Source: Alphaproteobacteria bacterium
GTDB taxonomy: Bacteria; Pseudomonadota; Alphaproteobacteria; GCA-2731375
Direction: 5' to 3'
DNA length: 64,000 nt
Assembly (NCBI GenBank): GCA_965232515.1
Contig: CBDDPY010000002.1
Location: 1,664,001-1,728,000 of the forward strand
The position numbers and the translations under genes are program-made. The notes beneath the pieces are model-generated. The model worked only from the letters and a program-made list of their open reading frames with translations, was not told where the DNA came from and made no database searches. Of this stretch, positions 18,858 to 27,404 are shown in pieces. Position 1 is the stretch's first letter. Every line of letters begins with the position of its first letter.

Positions 18858-19562
18858 ATGCTGCAAGCAATCGCCGCGCCCTGGTTCGACAAATCCAGCC
18901 TGCATGCGCGCTACCGTTTTCTGCAGAGCGGCCTGTGGGAAGGTCTGCATGGCCGTCGCCGCCGCACGGCGTTCCAGGTCCGCGAGGCGGCCGTGATGTT
19001 CGCGGACCTTCGTGGCTTCACGCAAATGGCCGAATATCTCCCGCCCCGCGATGTCGTGGCCCTGCTCCAGGGTTTCTATGGTCGCATGTCAGACATCGTC
19101 GCCCGTCATGGCGGCAGCGTTGAGGCCTTTTTGGGCGACGGTCTGATGGCGACCTTCGGCGACGATGACGGCCGGCGCGCGGCGGCGAACGCATTGAGCT
19201 GCGCCGACGCCGCCTTCGCCGCCATCGCCACATGGAATGACGAACGCACGGCCATGGCGCTGCCCCGGGTGCGTCTGTCGGTCGGTCTGCACCATGGCGA
19301 CGTGGTGCTGAGCGACGTCACCGGCGAGCGCCATGCCGGCGTCAAGGCGCTGGGCGACGTCGTCAATGTCGCCAGCCGTCTCGAGAAGCTGACCCGCGAG
19401 CTCGATTGCTGCGCCGTCATCAGCGACGATCTGGTGCGCGCGGCGCGCCATCATGCCCCGCAGCAGGTGGCGCTGGCGCTGGCGGACTTCAGCCGGATCG
19501 ACGGCCAGCATCTGCGCGGCCGCGACCGGGCGCTCGACGTCTGGGTGCTGCCGGCAGGATAG
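18858..19562 (+). CDS. Class III adenylate/guanylate cyclase domain protein with non-canonical specificity residues
   Basis: FADLRGFT, FLGDGLMA, GLHHG, GDVVNVASRLE and LRGR motifs. GGAGG/AAGGA RBS upstream. Confidence 0.87.
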   Translation: MLQAIAAPWFDKSSLHARYRFLQSGLWEGLHGRRRRTAFQVREAAVMFADLRGFTQMAEYLPPRDVVALLQGFYGRMSDIVARHGGSVEAFLGDGLMATFGDDDGRRAAANALSCADAAFAAIATWNDERTAMALPRVRLSVGLHHGDVVLSDVTGERHAGVKALGDVVNVASRLEKLTRELDCCAVISDDLVRAARHHAPQQVALALADFSRIDGQHLRGRDRALDVWVLPAG

Positions 19563-19626
19563 CTCGACGCGATCCTCTCGCCTTGTCATGCTGGTGCCGA
19601 CGGACGGGCCAGAGGGGAGAGACGAC

Positions 19627-20301
19627 ATGCCATTGAACTATCTTGAGGACACGCCGCCGGTGACCGATGCGCTGCGCGCGGCCGTGGTCGAGGACTTGCC
19701 GGAGATCGACGACATCACCGACGTCGAGCTGCGGACCAAGGTGATCGAGGCCTGGGCGACGGCACTCGCCGGCTCCAGCTTCGACCGCATTACCGACATT
19801 CCCGGCGCCGGCAACCCGAACGATTTCGTGCTGAAGCGCGGCAGTCAGGCCGATCACCTGCGCGGCGTCGCGCATTTCGCCACCATGATGGTGGACGAGT
19901 TCCGACGCACGCACCCGGAAGCCGAGGTCAACCGCGACGTGGTGCTGGCCGGCGCGCTGTGTCACGACGTCGGCAAGGCCTGGGAGTTCGATCCGGTGAA
20001 CCAGGCGCGCTGGCGGGACGATCCGTCACGCGCCGGACAGCCGTCGCTGCGGCACTCGGTGTTCGGCGTGCATATCTGCCTCAGCGTCGGCCTGCCCGAG
20101 GAGATCGCGCATATCGCGCTCGGCCACTCGATGGAGGGCCAGCACATCGGGCTCAGCACCGAATGCACGATCGTGCGCCACGCCGACCATACCTGGTGGC
20201 TGACCGCCTGCTCGCTCGGCCTGCTGCAGCCGGACACCATCGCGCATGCCGGTCCGACCATGCGTCCCCGCCGCCTGCCCAACGAACCGCGGGCGGCCTG
20301 A
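19627..20301 (+). CDS. HD-domain metal-dependent phosphohydrolase
   Basis: DHLRGV, ALCHDVGK, RHS, GHS and HAD motifs. GAGGGGAGA RBS precedes ATG 19627. Confidence 0.87.
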   Translation: MPLNYLEDTPPVTDALRAAVVEDLPEIDDITDVELRTKVIEAWATALAGSSFDRITDIPGAGNPNDFVLKRGSQADHLRGVAHFATMMVDEFRRTHPEAEVNRDVVLAGALCHDVGKAWEFDPVNQARWRDDPSRAGQPSLRHSVFGVHICLSVGLPEEIAHIALGHSMEGQHIGLSTECTIVRHADHTWWLTACSLGLLQPDTIAHAGPTMRPRRLPNEPRAA

Positions 20302-20306
20302 GACGG

Positions 20307-21119
20307 CTAAAACCGCTTGTCGCTGTCGAGCACGTCGCCGGGCTTGAGCGTGGGCCGGCGGCGGAGCTCCTCGTAGTAGGGCGTGAAGTCCGGCGCCGTC
20401 GCCTCGAACAGCTGATCGAAGCTGTCGATGACGAAATAGCTCTCCTGGTAGTCGTCGATGCGGTAGTTCGTCTGCATGATGCGCAGCAGATCGAATCCGA
20501 GCCGGTTCGGCTTCGGGTCCTCCAGGCAGTAGATCGACTCGCCCTTGGACGAGACGATGCCGGCGCCGTAGATGCGCATGCCTTCTGATGTGTTGATCAG
20601 GCCGAATTCGACGGTGTACCAGTAGAGCCTGGCGAGATAATTCAGGGCGTTCAGGCCCAACGCCTTCAGGCCGCCCTTGCCGTAGGCCTCCATGTAGTCG
20701 CCGAACACCGGATTGGCCAGCATCGGCACATGGCCGTAGATGTCGTGGAAGGCGTCCGGCTCCTGCAGATAGTCCATCTGCTCCGGCTTGCGGATCCACC
20801 ATGTCACCGGAAAGCGCCTGTTGGCGAGGTAGTGGAAAAACACGTCGTCCGGCACCAAGCCCTCGACGGCGATGATGCGCCAGCCGGTCTCGCCCTCGAG
20901 AACGTCGCTGAGACGCTCATAGTCGGGAATGCCGTCGGCGGCGACGCCGAGCGTCTCGAGCCCGTCGAGGAATTCCTGGCAGGCCCGGCCGGGCAGCAAC
21001 TTCGCCTGGCGCTGGAACAGCGTGCGCCAGGTGGCGTGCTCGGTTTCGGTGTAGGCGTTCCAATCCTGCTTGACGATAAAGTCGTCGGGATCGGTCGACA
21101 GCTTGACCTCCGCGTGCAT
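20307..21119 (-). CDS. phhA: Phenylalanine 4-monooxygenase
   Basis: YLQEPDAFHDIYGHVPML, LARLYWYTVEFGL and YGAGIVSSKGE motifs. Confidence 0.95.
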   Translation of the reverse strand: MHAEVKLSTDPDDFIVKQDWNAYTETEHATWRTLFQRQAKLLPGRACQEFLDGLETLGVAADGIPDYERLSDVLEGETGWRIIAVEGLVPDDVFFHYLANRRFPVTWWIRKPEQMDYLQEPDAFHDIYGHVPMLANPVFGDYMEAYGKGGLKALGLNALNYLARLYWYTVEFGLINTSEGMRIYGAGIVSSKGESIYCLEDPKPNRLGFDLLRIMQTNYRIDDYQESYFVIDSFDQLFEATAPDFTPYYEELRRRPTLKPGDVLDSDKRF

Positions 21120-21239
21120 GGCATCGGTCTCCTTCGAAGCGATGATCGCCGGGCGTTTCAGGTCCCGGCCGTTTCGCCTAATGTAAGCTGGGAGTGGTTA
21201 ATTTGCAGCCACGAAGCGTTGGCGCACGGGAGGATGACG

Positions 21240-21695
21240 ATGGCCGGCTTTAAGATCTTGGCAACCAATCACACGAGCTTCACGGTGAGCGATCTCGACC
21301 GGTCGATCGGCTTTTTCACGCAAGCGCTTGGCTTCGAGCTGCTGAGCCGGGCGCCGCGCGATCCGGCCGCGATCCGGCAGATCACCGGCGTGTCCGGGGC
21401 CGAGATGGAGGTCGCCTTCGTGCAGGGCCCCGGCCATCGAATCGAGCTGATCCAGTATCTGGCGCCGGCCGACAAGGGCCGGGTCGAATCGCGTCCCTGC
21501 GACACCGGCTTCGCCCATATCGCCTACGACGTCGACAACATCGAGGGCGCGATCGCGGCGGCCGCCGACCACGACGTCCAGCCCATCGGCGCGCCCTACG
21601 TGATCGATCAGGGCCCGAACACCGGCTGCCGCGTCGCCTACCTCCGCGACCCCGACGGAATCACGGTGGAGTTCATCGAGAAGAAGGCAGCATAG
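21240..21695 (+). CDS. VOC family protein (methylmalonyl-CoA epimerase/glyoxalase-like)
   Basis: NHTSFTVSDLDRSI.FF, IELIQY, HIAYDV and YLRDPDGITVE motifs. GGGAGG RBS upstream. Confidence 0.9.
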   Translation: MAGFKILATNHTSFTVSDLDRSIGFFTQALGFELLSRAPRDPAAIRQITGVSGAEMEVAFVQGPGHRIELIQYLAPADKGRVESRPCDTGFAHIAYDVDNIEGAIAAAADHDVQPIGAPYVIDQGPNTGCRVAYLRDPDGITVEFIEKKAA

Positions 21696-21720
21696 TCCGC
21701 GGCAATCGCACCGCGCGACG

Positions 21721-21821
21721 CTTCGAGACGCCCGCTGACGCGGGCTCCTCAGCGTGAGGGCTATTCGTGGAAAACGCTCAACCTCAGCCTGAGGAGCGGT
21801 CCGAAAGGCCGCGTCTCGAAG
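21721..21821. repeat. REP/RIME-like palindromic element
   Basis: CTTCGAGACG...CTCCTCAGCGTGAGG...CCTCAGCCTGAGGAG...CGTCTCGAAG inverted structure between convergent genes. Confidence 0.75.
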
Positions 21822-21835
21822 GCGGCAACGGGCAC

Positions 21836-21866
21836 AAAAAAGCCCGCGCCGGAGTCCGGCGCGGGC
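21836..21866 (-). terminator. Intrinsic terminator of the TRAP SBP gene
   Basis: GCCCGCGCCGGA/TCCGGCGCGGGC stem followed by T6 on the minus strand. Confidence 0.85.
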
Positions 21867-21887
21867 CTCTCTGTTGGCGTATCCGCG

Positions 21888-22991
21888 TCAGCCGTACTTG
21901 AACGGCAGCGAGCGCGCGTTCCAGAACGCCTGGTCGGCGATCTTCGCCCAGCCGATCGACTTCGTGCGGTAGGCGATGAAGCTGTCGTAGACCTTCTGGG
22001 TCATGGCATCGTCGGCCGCCGCTTCCTTGACGACCTCGCCGGAGACCCGGCCGATCTCGGCCATCAGCTCGTCCGGGAACTTCTTCAGCTGTACGCCGTG
22101 CTTCTTCACCAGGACGTCCAGCGAATTGGCGTTCTGGGTGTTGAAGTCGGCGTATTCCTTCCAGGCCTGGGCCTGGATCACGGCGTCCAGCATGGCCTGC
22201 TGATCGGACGGCAGGCTCTTCCAGACGTCGAGGTTGAACAGCACCTCGCCCGAGGTTCCCGGCTCATGGAAACCCGGCCAGTAGTAGTTCTTGGCGACCT
22301 TGTAGAAGCCGAAGGCCAGGTCGTTCCACGGACCGACCCATTCGGTCGCGTCGATGGCGCCGGATTGCAGCGCCGGGAAGATCTCGCCGCCTGGCAGGTT
22401 GACGGCCGCGGCGCCGATCCGGCGCAGCACTTCGCCGCCCAGACCCGGCATGCGGATCTTCAGGCCCTTCATGTCCTCAAGGCTGTTGATCTCCTTGCGG
22501 AACCAACCGCCCATCTGGACGCCGGTGCTGCCGCGCAGGAACGGCTTCAGGTTGAAGCCGGCCGCCAGCTCGTCCCACAGCTCCTGGCCGCCGCCGGCAT
22601 AGATCCAGCCGGCATGCTCGGTGCCGGTCAGACCGAACGGCACTGCGGTGAAGAAGTTGAAGGCCTTGGACTTGCCCTGCCAGTAGTAGGCCGCCGAGTG
22701 GCTCATATCCGCCGTGCCGCTGGAGACGGCATCGAAGCTCTCGAACGGCGGCACCAGCTCGCCGGCGGCGAAGACCTTGATCTTCAGCTTGCCCTCGGAC
22801 ATGGCCTCGACCCGCGCGGCCAGATCCTCGGCCGCGGTGCCCAGACCCGGGAACCGCTTCGGCCATGTGGTGACCATTTTCAATTCCCGCGTGCCCTGCG
22901 CGATGGCCGGCGTCGGGAATGTTGACGCGGCGGCGGCCGCGCCGGCGACACCGGTGACGGCGGCGCCTCTTAGGAATAAGCGACGTTTCAT
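21888..22991 (-). CDS. TRAP transporter substrate-binding protein (TakP-like, monocarboxylate/2-oxoacid) with Tat signal
   Basis: MKRRLFLRG signal, VTTWP, YYWQGK, QMGGWF, GLKIRMPG, EWVGPWND and PGFHEPG motifs. Confidence 0.92.
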   Translation of the reverse strand: MKRRLFLRGAAVTGVAGAAAAASTFPTPAIAQGTRELKMVTTWPKRFPGLGTAAEDLAARVEAMSEGKLKIKVFAAGELVPPFESFDAVSSGTADMSHSAAYYWQGKSKAFNFFTAVPFGLTGTEHAGWIYAGGGQELWDELAAGFNLKPFLRGSTGVQMGGWFRKEINSLEDMKGLKIRMPGLGGEVLRRIGAAAVNLPGGEIFPALQSGAIDATEWVGPWNDLAFGFYKVAKNYYWPGFHEPGTSGEVLFNLDVWKSLPSDQQAMLDAVIQAQAWKEYADFNTQNANSLDVLVKKHGVQLKKFPDELMAEIGRVSGEVVKEAAADDAMTQKVYDSFIAYRTKSIGWAKIADQAFWNARSLPFKYG

Positions 22992-23255
22992 TATTTCAAT
23001 TCCCCGTTGACGGTTTTCCCAGATGTCAGCGTCGAACCACCGATGCCATTTCGCCATGACGGCTGCGACACCACCCCTCCGGCGCGCAGCTTAACCTTGC
23101 CGTCACATAGGTGCAATGCAACGTCACGCATTCATTTGATCGAAAATTCCATACTTGCCGGCGATCCTCGCGCGCCTATGATCGCCCACGGCGGCAGGCC
23201 CGTCACCGCGGCCTTTCGCCGCGTTTCGCCGACAACGTGAAAGGTTCGCCCCGGC

Positions 23256-24254
23256 ATGAAGCTTGTTCTCAGAGGGTCCTATCCTGACGGGCACCTGGAC
23301 TATATCCGGCAGCAGCTGACATCGGACTGGCGCATCGAACCCGTCGATCCGGAGGACGACAAAGCGGCCTTCGCCGCGGCGCTCGCGGATGCCGACGCGG
23401 TCGTCGCCATGGGCTGGTCGGCGGGGCAGCCGGCGGCGCCCAATCTGCGCCTGCTGCAATTACCGGGCGCCGGATACGATCGCATCGATTTCACGGCCGT
23501 GCCGCCAAACGCCACCGTGTGCAACGTCTTCGAGCATGAGATCGGTATCGCCGAATACGTGCTTGCCGGCATCCTGCAGTGGGAGACCTGGTTCATGCGC
23601 CTGCACAACGGGATGCGGCAGGGCAGCTGGCGGGACAGCCTGTTTACGCGGGGACCGACGCATGGCGAACTGTTCGGCAAGACCATCGGCATCGTCGGCT
23701 ACGGCCGGATCGGCCAGGAGGTGGCGAAGCGCGCCAAGGCCTTCGGCGTGACCGTCCGGGCCTGCACCCGGTCACCGCGGAAGCGCGACGACAACGTCGA
23801 CCGGATCGCGGGCATGGACGGGCTCGACGCCATGCTGCCGGACTGCGACTACCTGCTGATCGCCTGTCCGCTGCTGAAATCGACCCGCGGGCTGATGGAC
23901 ACGCGCCGCTTCGGCCTGATGAAAGACAGCGCCGTGATCATCAACGTGGCGCGCGGCGAGGTGATCGACGAGGACGTGCTCTACGCCGCCTGCCGCGACC
24001 GCACGATCGGCGGCGCTATCATCGACACCTGGTACAACTACCCGGGCAGCCGCGACCCCGACGCCGTGACCTACCCCTCCAGGCACCCGTTCCAGGAACT
24101 GGAAAATGTCTTCATGTCGCCGCATTCGGCCGGCTGGACGACGGGCCTCTGGCCACGTCGCTGGAAGGTGATCGCCGAGAACATGAACCGGCTGGCCCGC
24201 GGCGAGGATCTACTGAACAAGCTCTACGAGCCCGGCGGCGCCCCGCCGGAGTGA
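23256..24254 (+). CDS. D-isomer-specific 2-hydroxyacid dehydrogenase
   Basis: GAGYD, GIVGYGRIG, INVARG and SPHSAG motifs. Confidence 0.92.
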   Translation: MKLVLRGSYPDGHLDYIRQQLTSDWRIEPVDPEDDKAAFAAALADADAVVAMGWSAGQPAAPNLRLLQLPGAGYDRIDFTAVPPNATVCNVFEHEIGIAEYVLAGILQWETWFMRLHNGMRQGSWRDSLFTRGPTHGELFGKTIGIVGYGRIGQEVAKRAKAFGVTVRACTRSPRKRDDNVDRIAGMDGLDAMLPDCDYLLIACPLLKSTRGLMDTRRFGLMKDSAVIINVARGEVIDEDVLYAACRDRTIGGAIIDTWYNYPGSRDPDAVTYPSRHPFQELENVFMSPHSAGWTTGLWPRRWKVIAENMNRLARGEDLLNKLYEPGGAPPE

Positions 24255-24267
24255 GGCACTGTTATTG

Positions 24268-24334
24268 GTCATCCTGGCGAAGGCCAGGATCCACCGCTGA
24301 ATCAGATTTGGATGCTGGCCTGCGCCAGCATGAC
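24268..24334. repeat. REP-like palindromic doublet (GTCAT...ATGAC type)
   Basis: GTCATCCTGGCGAAGGCCAGGATCCA ... TGGATGCTGGCCTGCGCCAGCATGAC between convergent genes. Confidence 0.75.
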
Positions 24335-24372
24335 AAACGGGTGCAGGTGGCTCGGGTGTTCTTTGGCTGCCC

Positions 24373-25158
24373 TCACCGCGCCTTGGCGGCGGCCATGCCG
24401 AGATGCATGCCGGCGTCGCAGATCAGGACCTCGCCGGTAATGTTGCGGCTGCCGGCGAGCAGCATCACCGCGGCTTCCGCCATGTCCTCGGGCGTGCCGG
24501 CGCGGCGCAACGGCGCGCGGGTTTCGAGCGCCTTGAGCTGGGCGTTGTAGGCCTCGTCGCCCATGCCCTGCCGCAGCCATTCGCCCTGCACGAAGCCGGG
24601 GCAAAGGGCGTTGACCTTGATGTCGGGGCCGAGCGCGCGGGCGAGCGACAGCGTCATGGTGTTGACCGCGCCCTTCGACGCCGCATAAGCGACCGAACTG
24701 CCGACGCCCATGACCGCGGCGATCGAGGAGATATTGACGACGGAGCCGCCGCCCGAGGCCCGCATATGATCGGCGCAGGCCCGGATCATCTGATAGCCGC
24801 CGACCACGTTGACGCCGAAGATCCGCTGGAAGTCCTCGGCCTGGAGACCCTCCAGGTTGTCATGCGCATTGAACGTCGTGGTGCCGGCGTTATTGACCAG
24901 GCCGTCGAGCCGGCCCCAGCGGTCGAAAGCCGTGTCGGCGAGACGCCGGCAATCGGCGTCCGAGGCAACGTCGGCCTGCACCACCAGCGTCTCCGCGCCG
25001 GCCGCCTCGCAGGCCTCGGCGACGGCCTTGGCGGCGGCCTCGCTGCGGCTGTAGTTGATGACCACGTTGGCGCCACGGCCAGCCAGCAGCTTCACCGTCG
25101 CGGCCCCGATGCCGCTTGACGATCCGGTCACGATGACGGTCCAGTCCTTGACGTCCAC
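24373..25158 (-). CDS. SDR family oxidoreductase
   Basis: TGSSSGIG, NNAG and YAASK motifs. GTG start at 25158 with AGGGGA RBS. Confidence 0.92.
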   Translation of the reverse strand: MDVKDWTVIVTGSSSGIGAATVKLLAGRGANVVINYSRSEAAAKAVAEACEAAGAETLVVQADVASDADCRRLADTAFDRWGRLDGLVNNAGTTTFNAHDNLEGLQAEDFQRIFGVNVVGGYQMIRACADHMRASGGGSVVNISSIAAVMGVGSSVAYAASKGAVNTMTLSLARALGPDIKVNALCPGFVQGEWLRQGMGDEAYNAQLKALETRAPLRRAGTPEDMAEAAVMLLAGSRNITGEVLICDAGMHLGMAAAKAR

Positions 25159-25269
25159 CTGCAATCCCCTTCCCTGAAATCGACTGCGTGACCCTAATCG
25201 GCCGGGCGTTTCCAACCAACCACGAAGTTGGTTGCCGTCGGCCAGCCGGGGCACTAAGTTCCCCGCGCC

Positions 25270-26004
25270 ATGACCTATTGCGTTGGAATTCTCGTCGACG
25301 ACGGGCTTGTATTCGTCTCGGATTCGCGGACCAATGCCGGCGTCGACCAGGTCGCCACCTTCCGCAAGACCATCACCTATCACCGGCCGGACGACCGGGC
25401 GATCGTGCTGCTGACGTCGGGCAATCTGTCGATCACGCAGTCGGTCGAGACCCTGCTGCGGCGCGCCATCGAGGCCGAGGACGAGAGCCGCAGCCTGATG
25501 CAGGTGCGCTCGCTGTTCGACGGCGCGCGGGCGGTCGGCGGCGCCCTGCGCGAGATCTACGAATACGACGGCAAGCACCTGGAAGCCCACAACACCGATT
25601 TCAATGCCGGCCTGATCCTGGGCGGACAGATCAAGGGCCAGCCGCCGCGGCTGTTCCAGATCTACGCCGCCGGCAATTTCATCGAGGCGACGACGGAAAC
25701 GACCTTCTTTCAGACCGGCGAAACGAAATACGGCAAGCCGGTGCTGGACCGCCTGATCAGCCGGGATACCAGCCTGACGACGGCGGCGAAATGCGCGCTC
25801 GTCTCCTTCGATTCGACCATGCGCAGCAACGTCTCCGTCGGCATGCCGCTGGATTTGACCTGCTACCGCAGCGATTCCTACGAATTCGGCGTGACCGAGC
25901 GGATCGACGAGACCTCAGCCTATTTCAACATGATCCACAACGAGTGGTCGGCCGGCCTGGGACGGGTATTCAACGAGGTGCCCGACCCGGAATGGGAGAT
26001 CTAA
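25270..26004 (+). CDS. Anbu / proteasome-type Ntn-hydrolase peptidase
   Basis: N-terminal Thr nucleophile MTYCVG, SDSRTNAGVD, GETKYGKP.LDR and DSTMRSN.SVG motifs. Confidence 0.92.
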   Translation: MTYCVGILVDDGLVFVSDSRTNAGVDQVATFRKTITYHRPDDRAIVLLTSGNLSITQSVETLLRRAIEAEDESRSLMQVRSLFDGARAVGGALREIYEYDGKHLEAHNTDFNAGLILGGQIKGQPPRLFQIYAAGNFIEATTETTFFQTGETKYGKPVLDRLISRDTSLTTAAKCALVSFDSTMRSNVSVGMPLDLTCYRSDSYEFGVTERIDETSAYFNMIHNEWSAGLGRVFNEVPDPEWEI

Positions 26005-26139
26005 GGTCACCGGCCCGAATTCGGAAATATGTGGGCAGCCAAACAATTGCTTCAGGGCGGGTCCCGGTTTCGCTAAGATCGCGCCCAGCTTCGGCTTGCC
26101 GGGGAGGCGGCCGACCATCCGTCTGGGAGGAGGATTTTT

Positions 26140-27306
26140 ATGAAGAAGAAACTCGTCGGACTAGTGTCCGCGTTGGCGCTGTTGGCGACGCCGTCGCTCG
26201 CCGCGGATACGGTCAAGGTTGGCTTTATCGTGACCCTGTCGGGGCCGGCCGGCATCATCGGCAAGCACATGAAGGACGCCTTCGAACTTGGGCTCGAGCA
26301 TGTCGGCGGCAAGATCGGCGGCCTGGAGACCGAGGTCATCTTTGGCGACGATCAGCGTAAGCCGGATGTCGCCAAGCAACTGGTTGACAAGATGATCAAA
26401 CGCGACCGCGTCCAGTTCGTGACCGGCATCATCTGGTCGAACCTGATGATGGCGATCCATGGCCCCGTCACGCGCTCGGATACCTTCCTGATCAGCTCCA
26501 ATGCCGGCCCCTCGCCGATCGCCGGCAAGCGCTGCTCGGAGAACTTCTTCTCGGTGTCCTGGCAGAACGACCAGACGCCCGAGGCGATGGGCAAGTACCT
26601 GCAGGACAAGGGCATCGACAATGTCTACCTGATGGCGCCGAACTACCAGGCTGGCAAGGACATGCTCGCCGGCGTGCAGCGCTACTATAAGGGCAAGGTC
26701 GCCGGCCAGGTTTTCACCAAGCTGGGCCAGCAGGACTATTCGGCCGAACTGTCGACGCTGCGCGCGGCCAAACCCGACGCCGTTTTCGTCTTCCTGCCGG
26801 GCGGCATGGGCATCAACTTCGTCAAGCAGTACGCCCAGGCCGGCTTGAAAGACTCGATCCCGCTCTACACCGCCTTCACCGCCGACGCCGTGACCCTGCC
26901 GGCGCAGAAGGACGCGGCGCTGGGCGTGCTGGGCACCCAGACCTGGAGCCCCGACCTCGGCAACCCCGTGAACAAGCGCTTCGTCGAGGATTTCAAAGCG
27001 AAGTACGGCTACATCCCGTCGTTCTACGCCGCCCAGGCCTATGACACCGTGCGCTTCCTCGACGCCGCCGTCGCTAAGGTCGGCAATGTCAGCGACCGCG
27101 ACGCGCTGCGCGCGGCCATGCGGTCGGGCGACTTCCCGAACACCCGGGGCTCGATCAAGTTCAATAACAACCACTTCCCGATCCAGAACTTCTACATGCG
27201 CGAAGTGGTCAAGCAGGACGACGGCAGCTTCACCACGAAGATCCAGGGCATCGTCTTCCCGGCCTATGGCGACAGCTATGCCAAAGACTGCAAGATGAGC
27301 TGGTAG
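26140..27306 (+). CDS. ABC transporter substrate-binding protein (Liv/HAAT family, aromatic-acid type)
   Basis: Signal peptide, DDQRKPD, SNAGPSPIAG, SWQNDQ and APNYQAGKD motifs. Confidence 0.92.
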   Translation: MKKKLVGLVSALALLATPSLAADTVKVGFIVTLSGPAGIIGKHMKDAFELGLEHVGGKIGGLETEVIFGDDQRKPDVAKQLVDKMIKRDRVQFVTGIIWSNLMMAIHGPVTRSDTFLISSNAGPSPIAGKRCSENFFSVSWQNDQTPEAMGKYLQDKGIDNVYLMAPNYQAGKDMLAGVQRYYKGKVAGQVFTKLGQQDYSAELSTLRAAKPDAVFVFLPGGMGINFVKQYAQAGLKDSIPLYTAFTADAVTLPAQKDAALGVLGTQTWSPDLGNPVNKRFVEDFKAKYGYIPSFYAAQAYDTVRFLDAAVAKVGNVSDRDALRAAMRSGDFPNTRGSIKFNNNHFPIQNFYMREVVKQDDGSFTTKIQGIVFPAYGDSYAKDCKMSW

Positions 27307-27326
27307 ACCTGATGGTCTGACGCTGG

Positions 27327-27360
27327 ACGGGGACGCCGAAAGGGCGTCCCCGTTTCTGTT
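27327..27360 (+). terminator. Hairpin after the SBP gene (terminator or differential-stability element)
   Basis: ACGGGGACGCC-GAAAG-GGCGTCCCCGT followed by TTCTGTT. Confidence 0.65.
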
Positions 27361-27404
27361 GGCGGCCCGGCGCCGCGCAGCCTACGACGAGGAAACATTC
27401 CGAT

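Noticed and set aside
18858-20301. Pycsar/CBASS-type defence system
   Set aside because: No TIR or TM cNMP-binding effector, and no defence-island or mobile context. Kept only as an atypical cyclase.
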